Source of the DNA: Paraphysomonas bandaiensis
Lineage: Eukaryota > Protista > Chrysophyceae
NCBI GenBank assembly: GCA_965644295.1
Contig: CBFFRP010000198.1
Coordinates: 1-64,000, forward strand
DNA: 64,000 bases
Direction: 5' to 3'
Notes under the pieces: model-generated
Database searches by the model: none
The model's input: the letters and a program-made list of their open reading frames with translations, nothing else
What the model was told of the DNA's origin: nothing
Shown: piece by piece, positions 52,101 to 64,000 of the stretch
Layout: every line of letters begins with the position of its first letter
Position numbering within the stretch: position 1 is the stretch's first letter
Program-made: the position numbers and the translations under genes

Positions 52101-52356
52101 ATGCTTGATATAAACACTCACAAAGTGCTCTTGGCTATATATAAAAAACAAAGTAAGTCAAACATATAAATTAAATATAAATTAAATCACTTACCATACA
52201 ATCAAATTGTGCTGAAAGTATTTTATTAAATATTCCATAATCAATATACCGTCCACACACTTTATTTAATTGTGTAGTTAATCGTTTCCATGTATTGACA
52301 CCAATAATCTCAGATGCTTCTCTAGGATTATAATAACGTGGTTGGTTATTACCCAT
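46149..52356 (-). CDS. USP32: Ubiquitin-specific protease, USP32-like (myristoyl MGN, EF-hand region, DUSP, USP domain, CaaX CAVS); many introns
   Basis: GLDNLGNTCYMNASLQ, QHDAQE, FTGQFKS..C..C..SARFEPF, LWRLPP..LKRF, VDFPLEGLDM, YHVGALGGGHY, YNDS, SAYVLFY; C-terminal CAVS. Confidence 0.9.
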
Positions 52357-52649
52357 AATTGAATAGAAATGAATAGAAACTCTTCTCTTCTTTCCTTTTC
52401 CTTCCTTTCCTTGTTTCTCTTTCTTTAAGTTGTATATTGAGATATGTAGAACATGATTTGAATAGAATGAAAGTAATCTATAAAAATAAATCAGATTATA
52501 TCTAATTAAATGATAGTATAAATTGAGAAGGATGTATACTTACATGTATATGAGGAAATGAATGGAATGTAGGAGTGATTTAGTATGATATTCTAACTAA
52601 TGGAGAGTTAGATAGTTAAGTACTAGAGATATAAGGTACCTTGTTATTG

Positions 52650-52795
52650 TATCAGCAGTCTAAGTTTTCGGAAATAAATTGAAGCAAATATAGTCTATAT
52701 TACTAACATACAACTACGGCTGGAATACATATAATTGTTGTCTCAATATGAAAGGCATTTCTGAACAAAAATAGACAAAGGATGTTGATACGATC
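52650..52795 (+). mobile_element. ~150-bp MITE copy
   Basis: Aligns with the copies at 15077 and 20776. Confidence 0.8.
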
Positions 52796-53052
52796 GAACC
52801 CGTACCTACATCTCTATATATATACATATACTATATAGAGTAGTGTTGAGTGTGGTATACTATACTTCCTATTCGCTTTCCTATACCATTGTCCCTCTGT
52901 ACCTCTGTACATACATACAGCAGTACATACAGTATGTATATTCTAAATATAATTGTCAATTTTCAATGTACAAAAACCCTACTTTTCCCTAAGAAATATT
53001 CCACCTAGCTCTTTGAAATATTCCACCCTATACAATTCCCCATACCATGTCA

Positions 53053-53493
53053 TACATACATACATACTACATACATACATACATACATACATACATACAG
53101 TACATACATACATACATACATACATACATACATACATACATACATACATACATACATACATACATACATACATACATACATACATACTACATACATACAT
53201 ACATACATACATACATACATACATACATACATACATACATACATACATACATACATACATACATACATACATACATACATACATACATACATACATACAT
53301 ACATACATACATACATGCATACATACATACATACATACATACATACATACATACATACATACATACATACATACATACATACATACATACATACATACAT
53401 ACATACATACATACATACATACATACATACATACATACATACATACATACATACATACATACATACATACATACATACATACATACATACATA
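53053..53493 (+). repeat. (TACA)n microsatellite
   Basis: Visible directly. Confidence 0.99.
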
Positions 53494-53628
53494 CCTCTCG
53501 CTCATATGCATATTCACAATCACATACAACCCTCACAATCATAAGACACACTTATCAAACCATTCAATCCATAACCAAATAACTCTATCATACAACATTC
53601 TTTTCTCTACTATCCTCTCAATCAAATC

Positions 53629-54323
53629 ATGGTATAACTCTCATAACTAACTCTTCCTATATATTAATATAACTTACATATACAGATTAACTTTATATTA
53701 CTCGTTAGTCGACAAGGTAAAACAAGATTAACAAAATGGTTTGTACAAAAGGATGCAAAGGTTATTAATCTCTTATATATACATCATTCATATTCATGAT
53801 TTGATTATTAGGATAAAACACGTTCAGTCAGAGAACTTACTGCATTAGTACTCTCACGTCCTCCAAAATTATGTAATTTTATTGAATGGCGTGATAAAAA
53901 AGTAATCTATAAAAGGTATATATTCAAATACTTTAATATATATATACTTAATATGTTTTATAGATATGCTTCTTTATATTTTATTGCATGCGTTGATAAA
54001 GAAGATAACGAGTTGATTACTCTTGAAAAGATTCACCTCTTTGTTGAGATCCTCGATAGATATTTCGGGAATGTGGGTTTGTTCGCACTTTATATATTAT
54101 GAATGTTTAAATTGGTCAAATCTAGGTATGTGAACTGGACATCATTTTTAATTTCCACAAGGCGTACTATATAATGGACGAGCTCTTTATTGGGGGATAT
54201 TTACAGGAGACATCAAAGGCGGAGGTTCTTCGTGTATGTGCTGCAATGGATGAGATGATGGACGAATCTAAGGAGGAAGGCACTACACCTGGGCGAGCCA
54301 ATGCATCCAGACCAGGACGATAG
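53629..54323 (+). CDS. AP1S: AP-1 adaptor complex sigma subunit (5 exons, first exon ATG only); not in the ORF track
   Basis: M|[19 protein letters not shown]..|..[20 protein letters not shown]|[29 protein letters not shown]|[25 protein letters not shown]. Confidence 0.95.
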
Positions 54324-54564
54324 AGAGACGATGTTGTTTATCTGTGTTTCATTTCGAGTATGGATCGTTACTTCTTCTGGTATATTCTATTATTATTGGC
54401 CGGTAGCATACAGGTACTCAACGTAGCAACAAATTGTGTACAAAACGGCTTAACCATGGAGTTGCATAATCAAATAAAGCTTTCAATTGAGTAGTATATT
54501 ATCAGCTACACACAGCGGTAATTAGTCATAGAGTCATTGCGACTTGTACCAGGCTTAAGGGTTA

Positions 54565-54890
54565 AGGGCTTGCGTATCAATTAATTGTCAATTATTGAAA
54601 TTGCAATAATTGAAATAGGGACATCAAATCAAAATAGCAAATATAATTGACTCCAGCTCGCTTCAATTAATTGATATAAAAAACCACCTTATATCATAAA
54701 AGTTGTTAAAAAACGGAATTTTTATTAAAAAACTTGCATACCACAACCAATAAGGTTGAAAGGATGTTCAGTATTCAGTAGAGCTAAGATTGTTATGACG
54801 GGCTTGCGCAAGAGCTTGACTCCTCAATATTTAAGATGTAGCTATATTGGCAGCTAGTGTATTTCAGTACTAAATATAATTGCAATTAAT
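54565..54890 (+). mobile_element. hAT-like MITE, same family as 11187-12306
   Basis: GGGCTTGCGTATCAATTAATTGTCAA...GGGACATCAAATC and GCAGCTAGTGTATTT match both ends of 11187-12306, inverted. Confidence 0.7.
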
Positions 54891-54894
54891 TTAG

Positions 54895-55355
54895 GGTTAA
54901 TTTATATAACCTTGAGCATTGGCTACTGATCATAGGTACAAAGTACAAGCCCATTAGCTGTTAGCATAGAAGAACTTCTACGGATTAGGGCACGGCAGGA
55001 CGCTGTGGAAGTTTCGGTATCAGTGAGTCAAGTGTTTCTAACCTGAGATCATGGACGAGGGGGTAGATTGGGACTCCGGCGTGTCTTGGAATGCCTTGGA
55101 CCGCGAGTTGCTTGGGCCTGGGGAGAGGAGTAGCTGACGGAGTTGGCATCGTGGCGTGTCCGCTGAGGAGGGGGTAGTGGAAGAGAAAGGGGACCTGAGA
55201 GGGCGCGTTAGGTATCGGTATAACACGTAGTAAGCGTAGAACACGCGGTTTTCGCTGTGTGTTGCCACGTGTTAGACGTTGTCTGGGGGGAGCTCGCGGA
55301 TTCCGCCATATGTTTTTTCGTGTTTTGCCACATGCATTGATATTTTCTTGCATTT
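54895..55355 (-). mobile_element. Probable retroposon 3' fragment related to 40890-41575
   Basis: GC-rich island; RKPRVLRLL versus KRPRVLQLL; CCCCCAGACAAC (PPD) motif shared. Confidence 0.5.
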
Positions 55356-55676
55356 GTAGTTTGAAATAAAAAAATGTCTCAAACTACCACATGTATACTT
55401 TTTCATGCTACAATCAGAGTTTGAATGATCGTTAAAGAAAAGATAAGATTATTATGTAAATATATATATATAATTGCGTTATTTTTTATAGAGCTGATCA
55501 CCATCATAACTTTATCATTCTGATAGCAACCACTGATAAACTTCCGTACCTTAAAACGCCGTGAAAATGATACATACTTCATTTCGTAGTTATGTTGTAG
55601 CTAAACAGTATTTTTGCTACGTATTACCGTTTTTCAAATTGTATTTAACGAATTGCTTTATCTTAGAGAAACATAC

Positions 55677-57427
55677 GTAGTATTTAGATTAAACCATAGT
55701 CTGCAACCATACTGAAAAAAACTGAAAATAACGTCGATTTTCATACATAAAATAACTGTCATAAAATCAGTCGAAATCAGACAATGTGATCCACACTTCA
55801 CACTTCATATCGCAGTGTTGAGTCAGCGAATTGCAGGTCAAATTAATGTGCTGGTAAGTTCATTATATCCCCCATTCACTCATAGTTTGACATGGCATTT
55901 CGAAAGCGCAAATCAGGTTCTCTTTGCAACGATGAAGATGACGCGACAAGAAGCTCAGAGCGTGCTCAGGAAATAGAGATCATTGGGCGGTGGAGACCAG
56001 TTGATTCGGCCAATGAGTCATTCCATCTGCCTCATACGGTTGATGCAGATCGATACCCTACGTTTAATTTTCGCACTGCCAGCTTCCTCAAGATATTCTT
56101 GCGTTTTGTTACAGTATCTCTTGTGACGAAAATAGCCCAGGATATTGACCCTGCCGACTTGAGATATGACTGTGGATCAGTAATTTTGCTTTCATTGTGT
56201 TCTATATATAAGCTTCTTGCAATTTGGATTCGAATTTATGGAGAACAACATGCCCCAAGAGGTGTAATACGTCATTCGCGACCATTGCGTGAGCAACTTA
56301 TATGGTACCGAGACCACTTTAAGGATTGTTATCCAAGGATTGATTCTCTGGGCATACGATTCATGGAAATTGTGACAACGAACTTTTTATTTGATAGTCG
56401 ATATTCAAAGCAGTTGTCTCATAATTTTAGATCTATTTTACGTGGTATTGGCAATGTTGTAGCTGGCGATGAGAAGTTGCTGCATTTCTCAGGTGTGTAT
56501 ATTGATCAATTGAATACTATTGTTAACAAGTGATTTATAGGCTATAGTCCTAATATAAGAGTAGTTTATATGAAGCCTGAACGAATGGGCTTGTGGGTGT
56601 ATGAGTTGTGTGTGAAGCTCTCCAATAAACACGCATACATGCTGGACATGTGGTTGCATGATGCGATAGCTGATCTAGGAGAGTCTATACCTGTCAGCGC
56701 TGTAGTGGAACACTGGGGCAAAATCATACACTCTTTTAATTCTACACGAATGAGTAGCACTGTTCTTGTATTCGACTCGTATTATCTTGATGAAGCTGCA
56801 CGAGAGGGACTTGCAAGGAAGAAAGTAAAATATATCGGGGCTGTGAATCCACAGCGCTTCCAAGCACTCACTCGTAAAGTTCGTGAAGGTGTCAATATAC
56901 GAGGACAGTGGAATGGACTGTGGAATCAACAGCGTAAAGAACTCATAGTTCATTCTTATACGAAGGATGGCAAGAAATATACTGCCTTGTCCAATGCTTT
57001 TATCATAGATCACCTACGAGGTCTACCACCAATTCTGTGCCTGTGTGCTCCGACTATGGTAAGATGTTTGCAGCATGTATGTGATGTATTCAATTTACAG
57101 ATTAAAGAGAGGATATGGCCTCATCGGCATGGTGGTGGAGGGCATCTAGGCGAAAGAGGAAAGTTTAGCTCGTTTGCGTTCGGCTGTGTTCTGCAAAATA
57201 CATTCCATGCGTATTGTAATATTCGTTCGATAGATACAAATAGTATTGATTATTATAGTTTCTGTAACGCGTTAGCTAGCGAACTGTACACACATGCTGA
57301 TACTCTATCTAAGGAAACTATAGAATAGAGGGGTACCGTGATTGATTTACTCAGTGTTGTAATAATTCCACTTTATATCATTGGTTACAGACTATGGTTA
57401 CAGACTATGGTTTAGTCTAATTACAAC
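55677..57427 (+). mobile_element. piggyBac-like DNA transposon with TIRs
   Basis: TIR TAGA(T/C)TAAACCATAGTCTG(C/T)AACCAT at 55685 and, inverted, ending 57419; encloses the transposase. Confidence 0.8.
55892..57328 (+). CDS. piggyBac-like (DDE_Tnp_1_7-type) transposase, one intron, probable C-terminal frameshifts
   Basis: VAGDEKLLHFSG|YSPNIRVVYMKPERMGLWVY, VFDSYY, YIGAV, CDVFN. Confidence 0.78.
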
Positions 57428-57555
57428 ACAGTCATCTTCGATTTTCTAGAAGCTGGTGTATAATATATCTAACTAAAATGCTTGAAAATAATTACATTTC
57501 AGGAATAAAAGGCTTTACTTTGTATAAAAGGTTGAGCACGCAATAAGTATTTAAT

Positions 57556-59117
57556 TTACGACCATACAATAGTTCTGTCATTACACATACGCATGAAATG
57601 GTTAACAAGTTTATTTCTGAGGACAGTGTGCTCATTTTCAACTTCAGTACTTATAGATTCAACTGTATCAAACATTGAACCACATAGATGCTTAGGATCT
57701 GTTAGATCTGTGTCTCTCTGTACTCTAATAGTCACTTCTGTCATCTTTCCGTTATCATGTTTGTGAACTTTAAATGATCTGTCGATATCGCATAAGTCAT
57801 GATGTCCATCTGGTCCATCCCATTCCACACCGTGCTCCCACATCTTAAACAAGTTATCATCTCTCATGATTTTATTGTGAAGACAGCAACATGTGAAGAA
57901 GACATTGTCAATCTCCTCTTTACTCTGAAGCATAATAGGAAGTTTTAGAATTCGGAAACGCCCCTTGAGTACGCCGAATGTGCATTCGATGTCCTTTCGA
58001 ACTGATTCAAGCCACTTTGACCAGATTCTTAGTAGGTCATGTGCAGATGTATTCTTAACTGGACACTGCATGCATCTCCATTTATGATATCCTCCATCGC
58101 AAATGAAATATAACCCCTTTATCTCTTCTTCGTTGTCATTGTGTATATTCTTCAATTTAAATTTAATTTCAGAATAAAGAGTCTTCGTTCTGACACTCTG
58201 GATTAAGGAATCATACTTGACTATTGTCTTGTCATTACGGGATCCAGGATGGCCTGAAGTATAGCTGCAATAATACGTCTGGAGTGGGTGCATGCCACCG
58301 AATAAGCTAATGTGGGATAGCCTTCTTTTCCAACATGCAAAGAACGTAATGATGCAGGACATCTATCCCAATGAATATGCACAACATCTGTTGATCCAAT
58401 AACACCAGGAAGCCCTAAGCTAGCATAAACCTAACAACAACAAATAAATAAGCATAATTTAAATTAGCAGTTGGCTTAACACACCTCTATTTCACGATCT
58501 ATATCCTCAGGTGTCGTTGGCATGTGACAAACCTTCGAAAATTTGTCCCTCGCATATAATTGACAGAAATCGTGAAAAAATACACGATTAACTGAGATTG
58601 ATGCTCCATTAAGCTCAGAAATTCCATCAAAACACATTCCTCGCCCTAATACACGCAGTACTCCGAGGACTAGTAAGTCAATTGGTGTTGATTTGCGACC
58701 TATAGTACACAGTTCTAAAAAACTTAACTATTGGAAACAGGAGAAATACCTGATGCGTCAGTATCAACGATGGGCTTCCCTGTTAACTTGTTCTTACGAA
58801 GTGATGAATCTTTAGCCCATTCAACTATCTCTTGAAACATTTGATACGGAATTCGAAAACGCGTTCTGAATTGCTTGCCTGATGCAGTGTGACATGGTAT
58901 ATAATACAATACCAAAAGTCATACCTTCACGAGTAGTGGGATCTCTCATCCGTGCATCCCTCAGCAGGAGTTCCCATGGCGTGTTATCGTAGTCAATCCG
59001 TTCGTAGACATTTCTTCTTGCAATTATACGATCCTCACTAGACACTCGAGATTGCTTCAAGAGCTGTTTGATCAAGGATGTCCTCTTCTTTTTATGCAGT
59101 GACAACTTCCGGGACAA
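57556..59117 (-). pseudogene. PIF/Harbinger transposase (spliced, frameshifted)
   Basis: FRTRFRIPY, VLRVLGRG, GSTDVVHI, GSRNDKTIV, DGGYHKW, LESVRKDIECTFGVLKGRFRIL, CCCLHN. Confidence 0.88.
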
Positions 59118-59844
59118 TGTGTAGCAAAATTGGGTATGACAAGTATGGGTGATTTAGGAGGTTGTTATGGCTGAAGAATAAGATGAAGTGATGTAGGTTG
59201 TAGTATGAGATGAGATGTAGATGGTAGTTATGATTAGATTAGAAGATACGAGTATTAAGGCCAGATATAGGGTTGGAGTGTACCGTGACTATCCGTATAT
59301 ACGGATGTAACGGACGTTTATGGTAACCCGTACAGTATTATGATGGTATACGTAGGTATTCTGTAGGATGATATAGGAGTAGATAGCAGGATGTTAAGGG
59401 ATTTCTATATGATTATTTCTGGAAGTAGAAAACTAGCTATTTATGGCTGGGAAACCACTTCTAGAATTAACTATATATGGGGATATAGGTAGAAGGATAT
59501 GGAGTTTTAGATATAATAGTGAAAGTTGATATTGTAGTTGAGTTGAAAGTTAAGAAGTAGCGAAGTAAAGAGTAAGAAGAGGAAGTTAAGTGAAGAGTGT
59601 TGTGAGAGGACTATCCTACCCCACATCACCTGTGCACATGGACAGGGATGATAAGACCAGCAATGTTAGTCATAATAGCGAGGCTCAATCACCCGTAGTC
59701 GTTACAAATGCACACACGCGAAATATCATGCTATCAACTTTACACAGTCACTGTCAATGTTTAATGCTTTGATTCGCATTATATTCAGTGAGATCAAGCG
59801 AACAGAGAAGGAAAAGAAATTTGAATTTAAACACAAAAACACTG

Positions 59845-59971
59845 TTTTGTCTTTTGTCTTTCTGTGTGCACTATAATTACGGCTTCGTTTGCACCCGACA
59901 AAAACAATTTTCTTGAAAAAAAATGTCTTTTGTCGTTTTGTCTTTTGTCTCCACTATAATTAGTGGCCTAA
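59845..59971. repeat. Probable Harbinger terminus (TTTTGTC subterminal repeats, ...TAGTGGCC|TAA)
   Basis: GGCC end next to TAA, upstream of the Harbinger transposase; partner TIR not found. Confidence 0.45.
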
Positions 59972-60900
59972 GTAGTAATAATATACGCAGTATGTATGTC
60001 TACTACAGTATATATATTATTTGCACTTGAAATATATGTAAATCTTTGACTAAGAAAGTTGATTGTATATAAGCCAGCTACGAAAACCACTGTTAGATAT
60101 ATATTAGGGTCTATTTTCAAGTTTCAAGATATTCGTAGTTTCAAGAAAATTAGGGCAATAAAGCAATACAGACAGGTACTGGGACTACTTCAGAAGACCT
60201 TGGCCACTGTGGTGCACCAGCGCGTGTGAATGGCAATCAGAAGAGGGTACGTAGTTCACTCAGATAAGCAAATAATAATCATATCCTCCTTCCTTAATAT
60301 ACGTGGAATAAGAATAGGTGAAGTGGCACGCTATCACCATAATATAACTAATATTTGTTATTATACGGCGGGTATGTACGTGTGTGCCTGTCTCAAGGGG
60401 TGTATATGTGTATGTATGTGAGAGGGTATGTAGCTCTATTAACAGTCACCCTCACATACATACAAGAACCTGGATCACTTCAGAGCAGAGGCTGAAAGAA
60501 ACACGACGGTGAAGAAGATATTCTTCTGTTTCTGGTGTGGATATCATCTCCTTTCATGGCACTGTTGATCGTTTAAAGTAACATATGAAGAGATGCGTTA
60601 TATGATACATACACACTTCACATAATACAACACGGTATTCCAAAAACACACATCTACAACCGACACAAACTGAAAAGTATACATGAGTGTGACAGAATTT
60701 CACGTATCCTACTCCCGCATTGTGGTATATAGTACTAATATTTTATACCCCAAAATATCTCTTTTGTGAACCACTCATTTGCGCCGCTTTATGATACAAC
60801 AAACAACGTGCTGAAACGTGGTGCAACATCAACATCAAACTTGAGTTTTTATTACATTTCATCAGAGTTTTAATTGATTATTGTTGATTGCGTTGTTGTG

Positions 60901-62094
60901 ATGGCGACATTTGAGATTGTTGAAGCTTTACGGGGATTTTTTATCTCAGAAAATGAAGAAAACTGGTCACTGACAATATCTACTCCAGGAAATAATCAGC
61001 AACAATACTCTGTTGTTAAAAAACAACGAGATATGAGGGCGAAGCTTCGACAACTCTCCACCATAGTTGCCGCCAAGCCTTTCATGGTGTTGTCTATGGC
61101 GCTCGGCATTAGTTTGAGCACATTAAGCTTCATACTAACCGCATATGTCTTTTTGGGAATCGAAAGCGATATTTCAATTCTTGCAAAGAACGACATTATC
61201 ACCACCGGATCAGGTATCTATGTCATGATACAGCTTTTTTTCTTTCAAGCTCAAAGTTACATGTACTCCATTCATGCCATTCGTCCGACTGTGAGCGATA
61301 TCTTAGCACGTCATTGGAACAAGTCGTCCTTGATTCTCTTGATGAATGTCACGACAATGCTTATTCTATTTGAAATTTTTGCCTTGTCTGCGTATCAGCA
61401 GTGTGATGATTCCTTGGAAGTTGTCCAGTTTACTACCGTCTGCGTGTTTTGCATTTCTTTGACTTTGTTCACTCCCTTGCCTGTGGCAGAAATCTTCATA
61501 AGACTAAAGGGAAATGACGCAGAATTTAATTTTCGGACAACGATGTTCAATTGTGTTCAAAACAATGAATACGAGGATAACCTATTGGAACAGTCATTAT
61601 TTGAGCGCCCTCAATGGAACTGGGTACACCTGTGGCGTTTATTTCTGAGAGCCATACATGCCCTAAGTTTTTTGCTTGCCGTCTTTCTCTCCCTCGTCCT
61701 AACATGGACAAAATCCACGCATGAGTTTAAATATGTTCTCATTGGTGCCGCCGTTACTCTGTTGATACTTTTTGTTGCAGCAAGAGCATCGGCGTTTATT
61801 TTGTCACGGCCGAATTCGTATCCCCATTTTGTCCACGCGATTGCGGATAATATTATGCCATCCTTACGTAACGACGAAAGATATAACGATGCGAATGAAT
61901 TACCGAGAACGGCAAGTAATCGAACCGTGGAGGAAGAAAAGGAGGTTCCGGGATCTAGAAGATCCATAGCCGAGACGACGGCATTTGATATGACCAAATT
62001 CACGATTCCGAATCATATCGGTCTATTCTGTGAATTCAATTTGATTTCCACGGTGATTCTTATGCTTGTCTTTACATTATATACCACCTGCTAA
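60901..62094 (+). CDS. Intronless multi-pass membrane hypothetical protein
   Basis: ~397-aa ORF with about 7 hydrophobic segments; no recognisable motif. Confidence 0.7.
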   Translation: MATFEIVEALRGFFISENEENWSLTISTPGNNQQQYSVVKKQRDMRAKLRQLSTIVAAKPFMVLSMALGISLSTLSFILTAYVFLGIESDISILAKNDIITTGSGIYVMIQLFFFQAQSYMYSIHAIRPTVSDILARHWNKSSLILLMNVTTMLILFEIFALSAYQQCDDSLEVVQFTTVCVFCISLTLFTPLPVAEIFIRLKGNDAEFNFRTTMFNCVQNNEYEDNLLEQSLFERPQWNWVHLWRLFLRAIHALSFLLAVFLSLVLTWTKSTHEFKYVLIGAAVTLLILFVAARASAFILSRPNSYPHFVHAIADNIMPSLRNDERYNDANELPRTASNRTVEEEKEVPGSRRSIAETTAFDMTKFTIPNHIGLFCEFNLISTVILMLVFTLYTTC

Positions 62095-62692
62095 GGTGGA
62101 AGGCGGATCGTTCTATATGTGCGACGGTTTATTCGAGCATTTCGATTTGTTGTTCTTAAATGTTTGTGCGGTTTTTAGCCGGTGATTATTACATCAAACG
62201 GTTACTTTGCCGTCTTTTTTGACATGCAGTTTTTTTAATCAAAGCGATGTGGTTTCTGTTGCTTAGCTAGCCTATCTATGAAATATTTTATGATGGTCAT
62301 CTGTTATGCCATCCAGGTGTTTTGGTCTGTTGTGCCATCCAGCCAGTTTTTCTGTAATTATTATTTTTTAAATGAGCCAATATCCAAGATTAGATTATTA
62401 ATGATATTTAGTATGAATGTTCAATTCACCCTGCTGGGGTGCGATCCTGGTGCGTAGTCTAGTCAAGCGGCAATTTTCAATCGTAGAGAGTTGTAGTATG
62501 CAAAAACTTATGTTAAGTTGCTGACCGTAACGGTTTTCGACTTTTCGAACTAAAACCGGACACCAGAATTTCGGCATTTCCTGAATCAATTATCGAGCAA
62601 AAGGACGCTAAGAATCCAATTGCCTTTTATTATTAGTTAGTAATAAGCAAATAAGAACGTTGCATGCATGCATTGCTTGAAATAAGACATAC

Positions 62693-64000
62693 ATATTGAA
62701 TGTCTGATTATTTAGCAATAGGCGTTGAAAGCCTGCACCAATTAGTGGCTAGAAGAATGCTAGTCATACTAGTTAGACTACTACCCGTAACTAATCAATA
62801 CAAACTCTTTTATCCTACTATTTAACGCTACAGAAGCTGCTTGTGCGTCGCCGCAAGCACCAAGGTGCAACCACTTCCGTTCTTAGTGTGTGTTATGAGG
62901 CTCGCCATGATCGTGTGTCCTGGGACTCACCGGCGCGTGTGATCTGGAGGTCTCCTCTTGGGATGAGACTCCACTCGCTATATGATAGATAGCCTTATGT
63001 ACCTCACGGGGACTGACTTATTAGCCTTATGGCAGTTAGGGGAAACAGTAATATGCCCTTCTGAGATTGGCGATCTGGTGGCCTTCCTTTAGGCATTGTT
63101 CCAAGTGGCTCGGAGGTATGTGGATGAAGGTCTTGCAAAAGGTTATGGCCTACTGTGAAGAAGCGTCGAAATCGGCTCTTTTGCTGTCTTAGCCAGCGGT
63201 AGAGAACACATGCAAGAGGGTGTATAGCTGTACAGGGGTGGGATGTGAGGGTCATCCGGTGTGTCCAGCTACAGGGAGTCGAGAGGGAGTGTGATGGTGC
63301 AAGAGAGGCAACATCTGATTGAGGAGAGTGAGACTGCGCAACAGAACAAGAGTCACTGAGGTCGAGTACTCTGATAGACCTATGCACGAGATGATCGTGA
63401 TGATGATGATGGTCTGGAGGAGACACTCGGACGTCCTCAGCTGCCCTTGTTAGTGTCTGTGTTGGTGCAGGGGGGTACAGGCTGAGGCATAGAGAGTGTG
63501 TGTAAGGAAGATGACGGCAAGGTATCAGAGACGAAGGGAGAGGCGATAGTTTGTCTGGGGGTTTTCTAGGAGGAGGCAGAGTGTACTGTGTGTGTGTATG
63601 ACAGTGCAGCGGTGCTATGAGTGTGTTGGACAGAGAGAGAGAGCTGGTGATGTGTCCAACAGTACAGGTAGACAGGTACATGGACATGGTGATGTGTCCA
63701 ACAGTACAGGTATACAGGTACATGGACATGGTGATGTGTCCAACAGCAGTAGAGGTATACACGGAATGGTATACATCCTGTAGGACACAGTAGTACAGTA
63801 GTCGAGTATACCGTATGCGGAATACAGTGTCTATCCAATGAGATGGATGGGCTGTGGGGGTGATAGGTGAACAGGGTGAGGGGGTAGCCTGCTGGGTGGA
63901 TGGACCACAGACAAACCATGTTGGGTTGGGCTGGGTTGTCGTCAGGAGACGGCCCTGTTGTGCAGTGGAGAGGTGTCGAGAGGAGACAGGGGTTGCAGAG
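62693..64000 (-). mobile_element. Second copy of the 1.7-kb retroposon (runs off the window)
   Basis: Nearly identical to 30574-31810, then diverges after ~63930. Confidence 0.93.

Noticed and set aside
5864-52356. Three CaaX proteins plus AP1S as a functional trafficking cluster
   Set aside because: Two are paralogues and the rest can be chance neighbours; no evidence of co-regulation.
54555-54900. TTAAGGGTTAAGGG / TTAGGG as telomeric repeats or piggyBac ends
   Set aside because: Only one or two units, and no matching TTAA-CCC partner with a TIR was found.
59120-59590. Possible solo LTR upstream of the Harbinger ORF
   Set aside because: LTR-like composition, but no second copy, TSD or clear CA end identified.

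Overview
Eukaryotic nuclear DNA with short GT-AG introns and AT-rich intergenic regions, probably a protist (stramenopile-like; inference). Host genes: two divergently oriented paralogous tandem-PX proteins ending in CaaX, an F-box-like/ankyrin-like repeat protein, a DNAJC21/DNAJC2-like J-protein, an intronless class-3 lipase-TM-GTPase fusion, a small beta-rich ORF, a 7TM receptor-like protein, a USP32-like deubiquitinase, AP-1 sigma, and several hypothetical membrane or mitochondrial proteins. A large part of the window is transposon-derived: a young full-length Ty1/copia at 1-5457, a decayed copia interrupted by a 1.7-kb non-LTR-type insert with an 11-bp TSD (second copy at the window end), a non-autonomous LTR element carrying a hairpin-ended insertion, nested hAT elements with 8-bp TSDs, MULE, piggyBac-like and PIF/Harbinger transposases, and a ~150-bp MITE found near gene starts. 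The best candidates for something undescribed are the lipase-GTPase fusion (possible immune or membrane-attack effector), the prenylated tandem-PX pair, the RPPD-ended retroposon family, and a promoter architecture of sense-strand (TACA)n, the MITE and AT-rich 5' coding ends. All calls are from motif reading only; no database searches were run.
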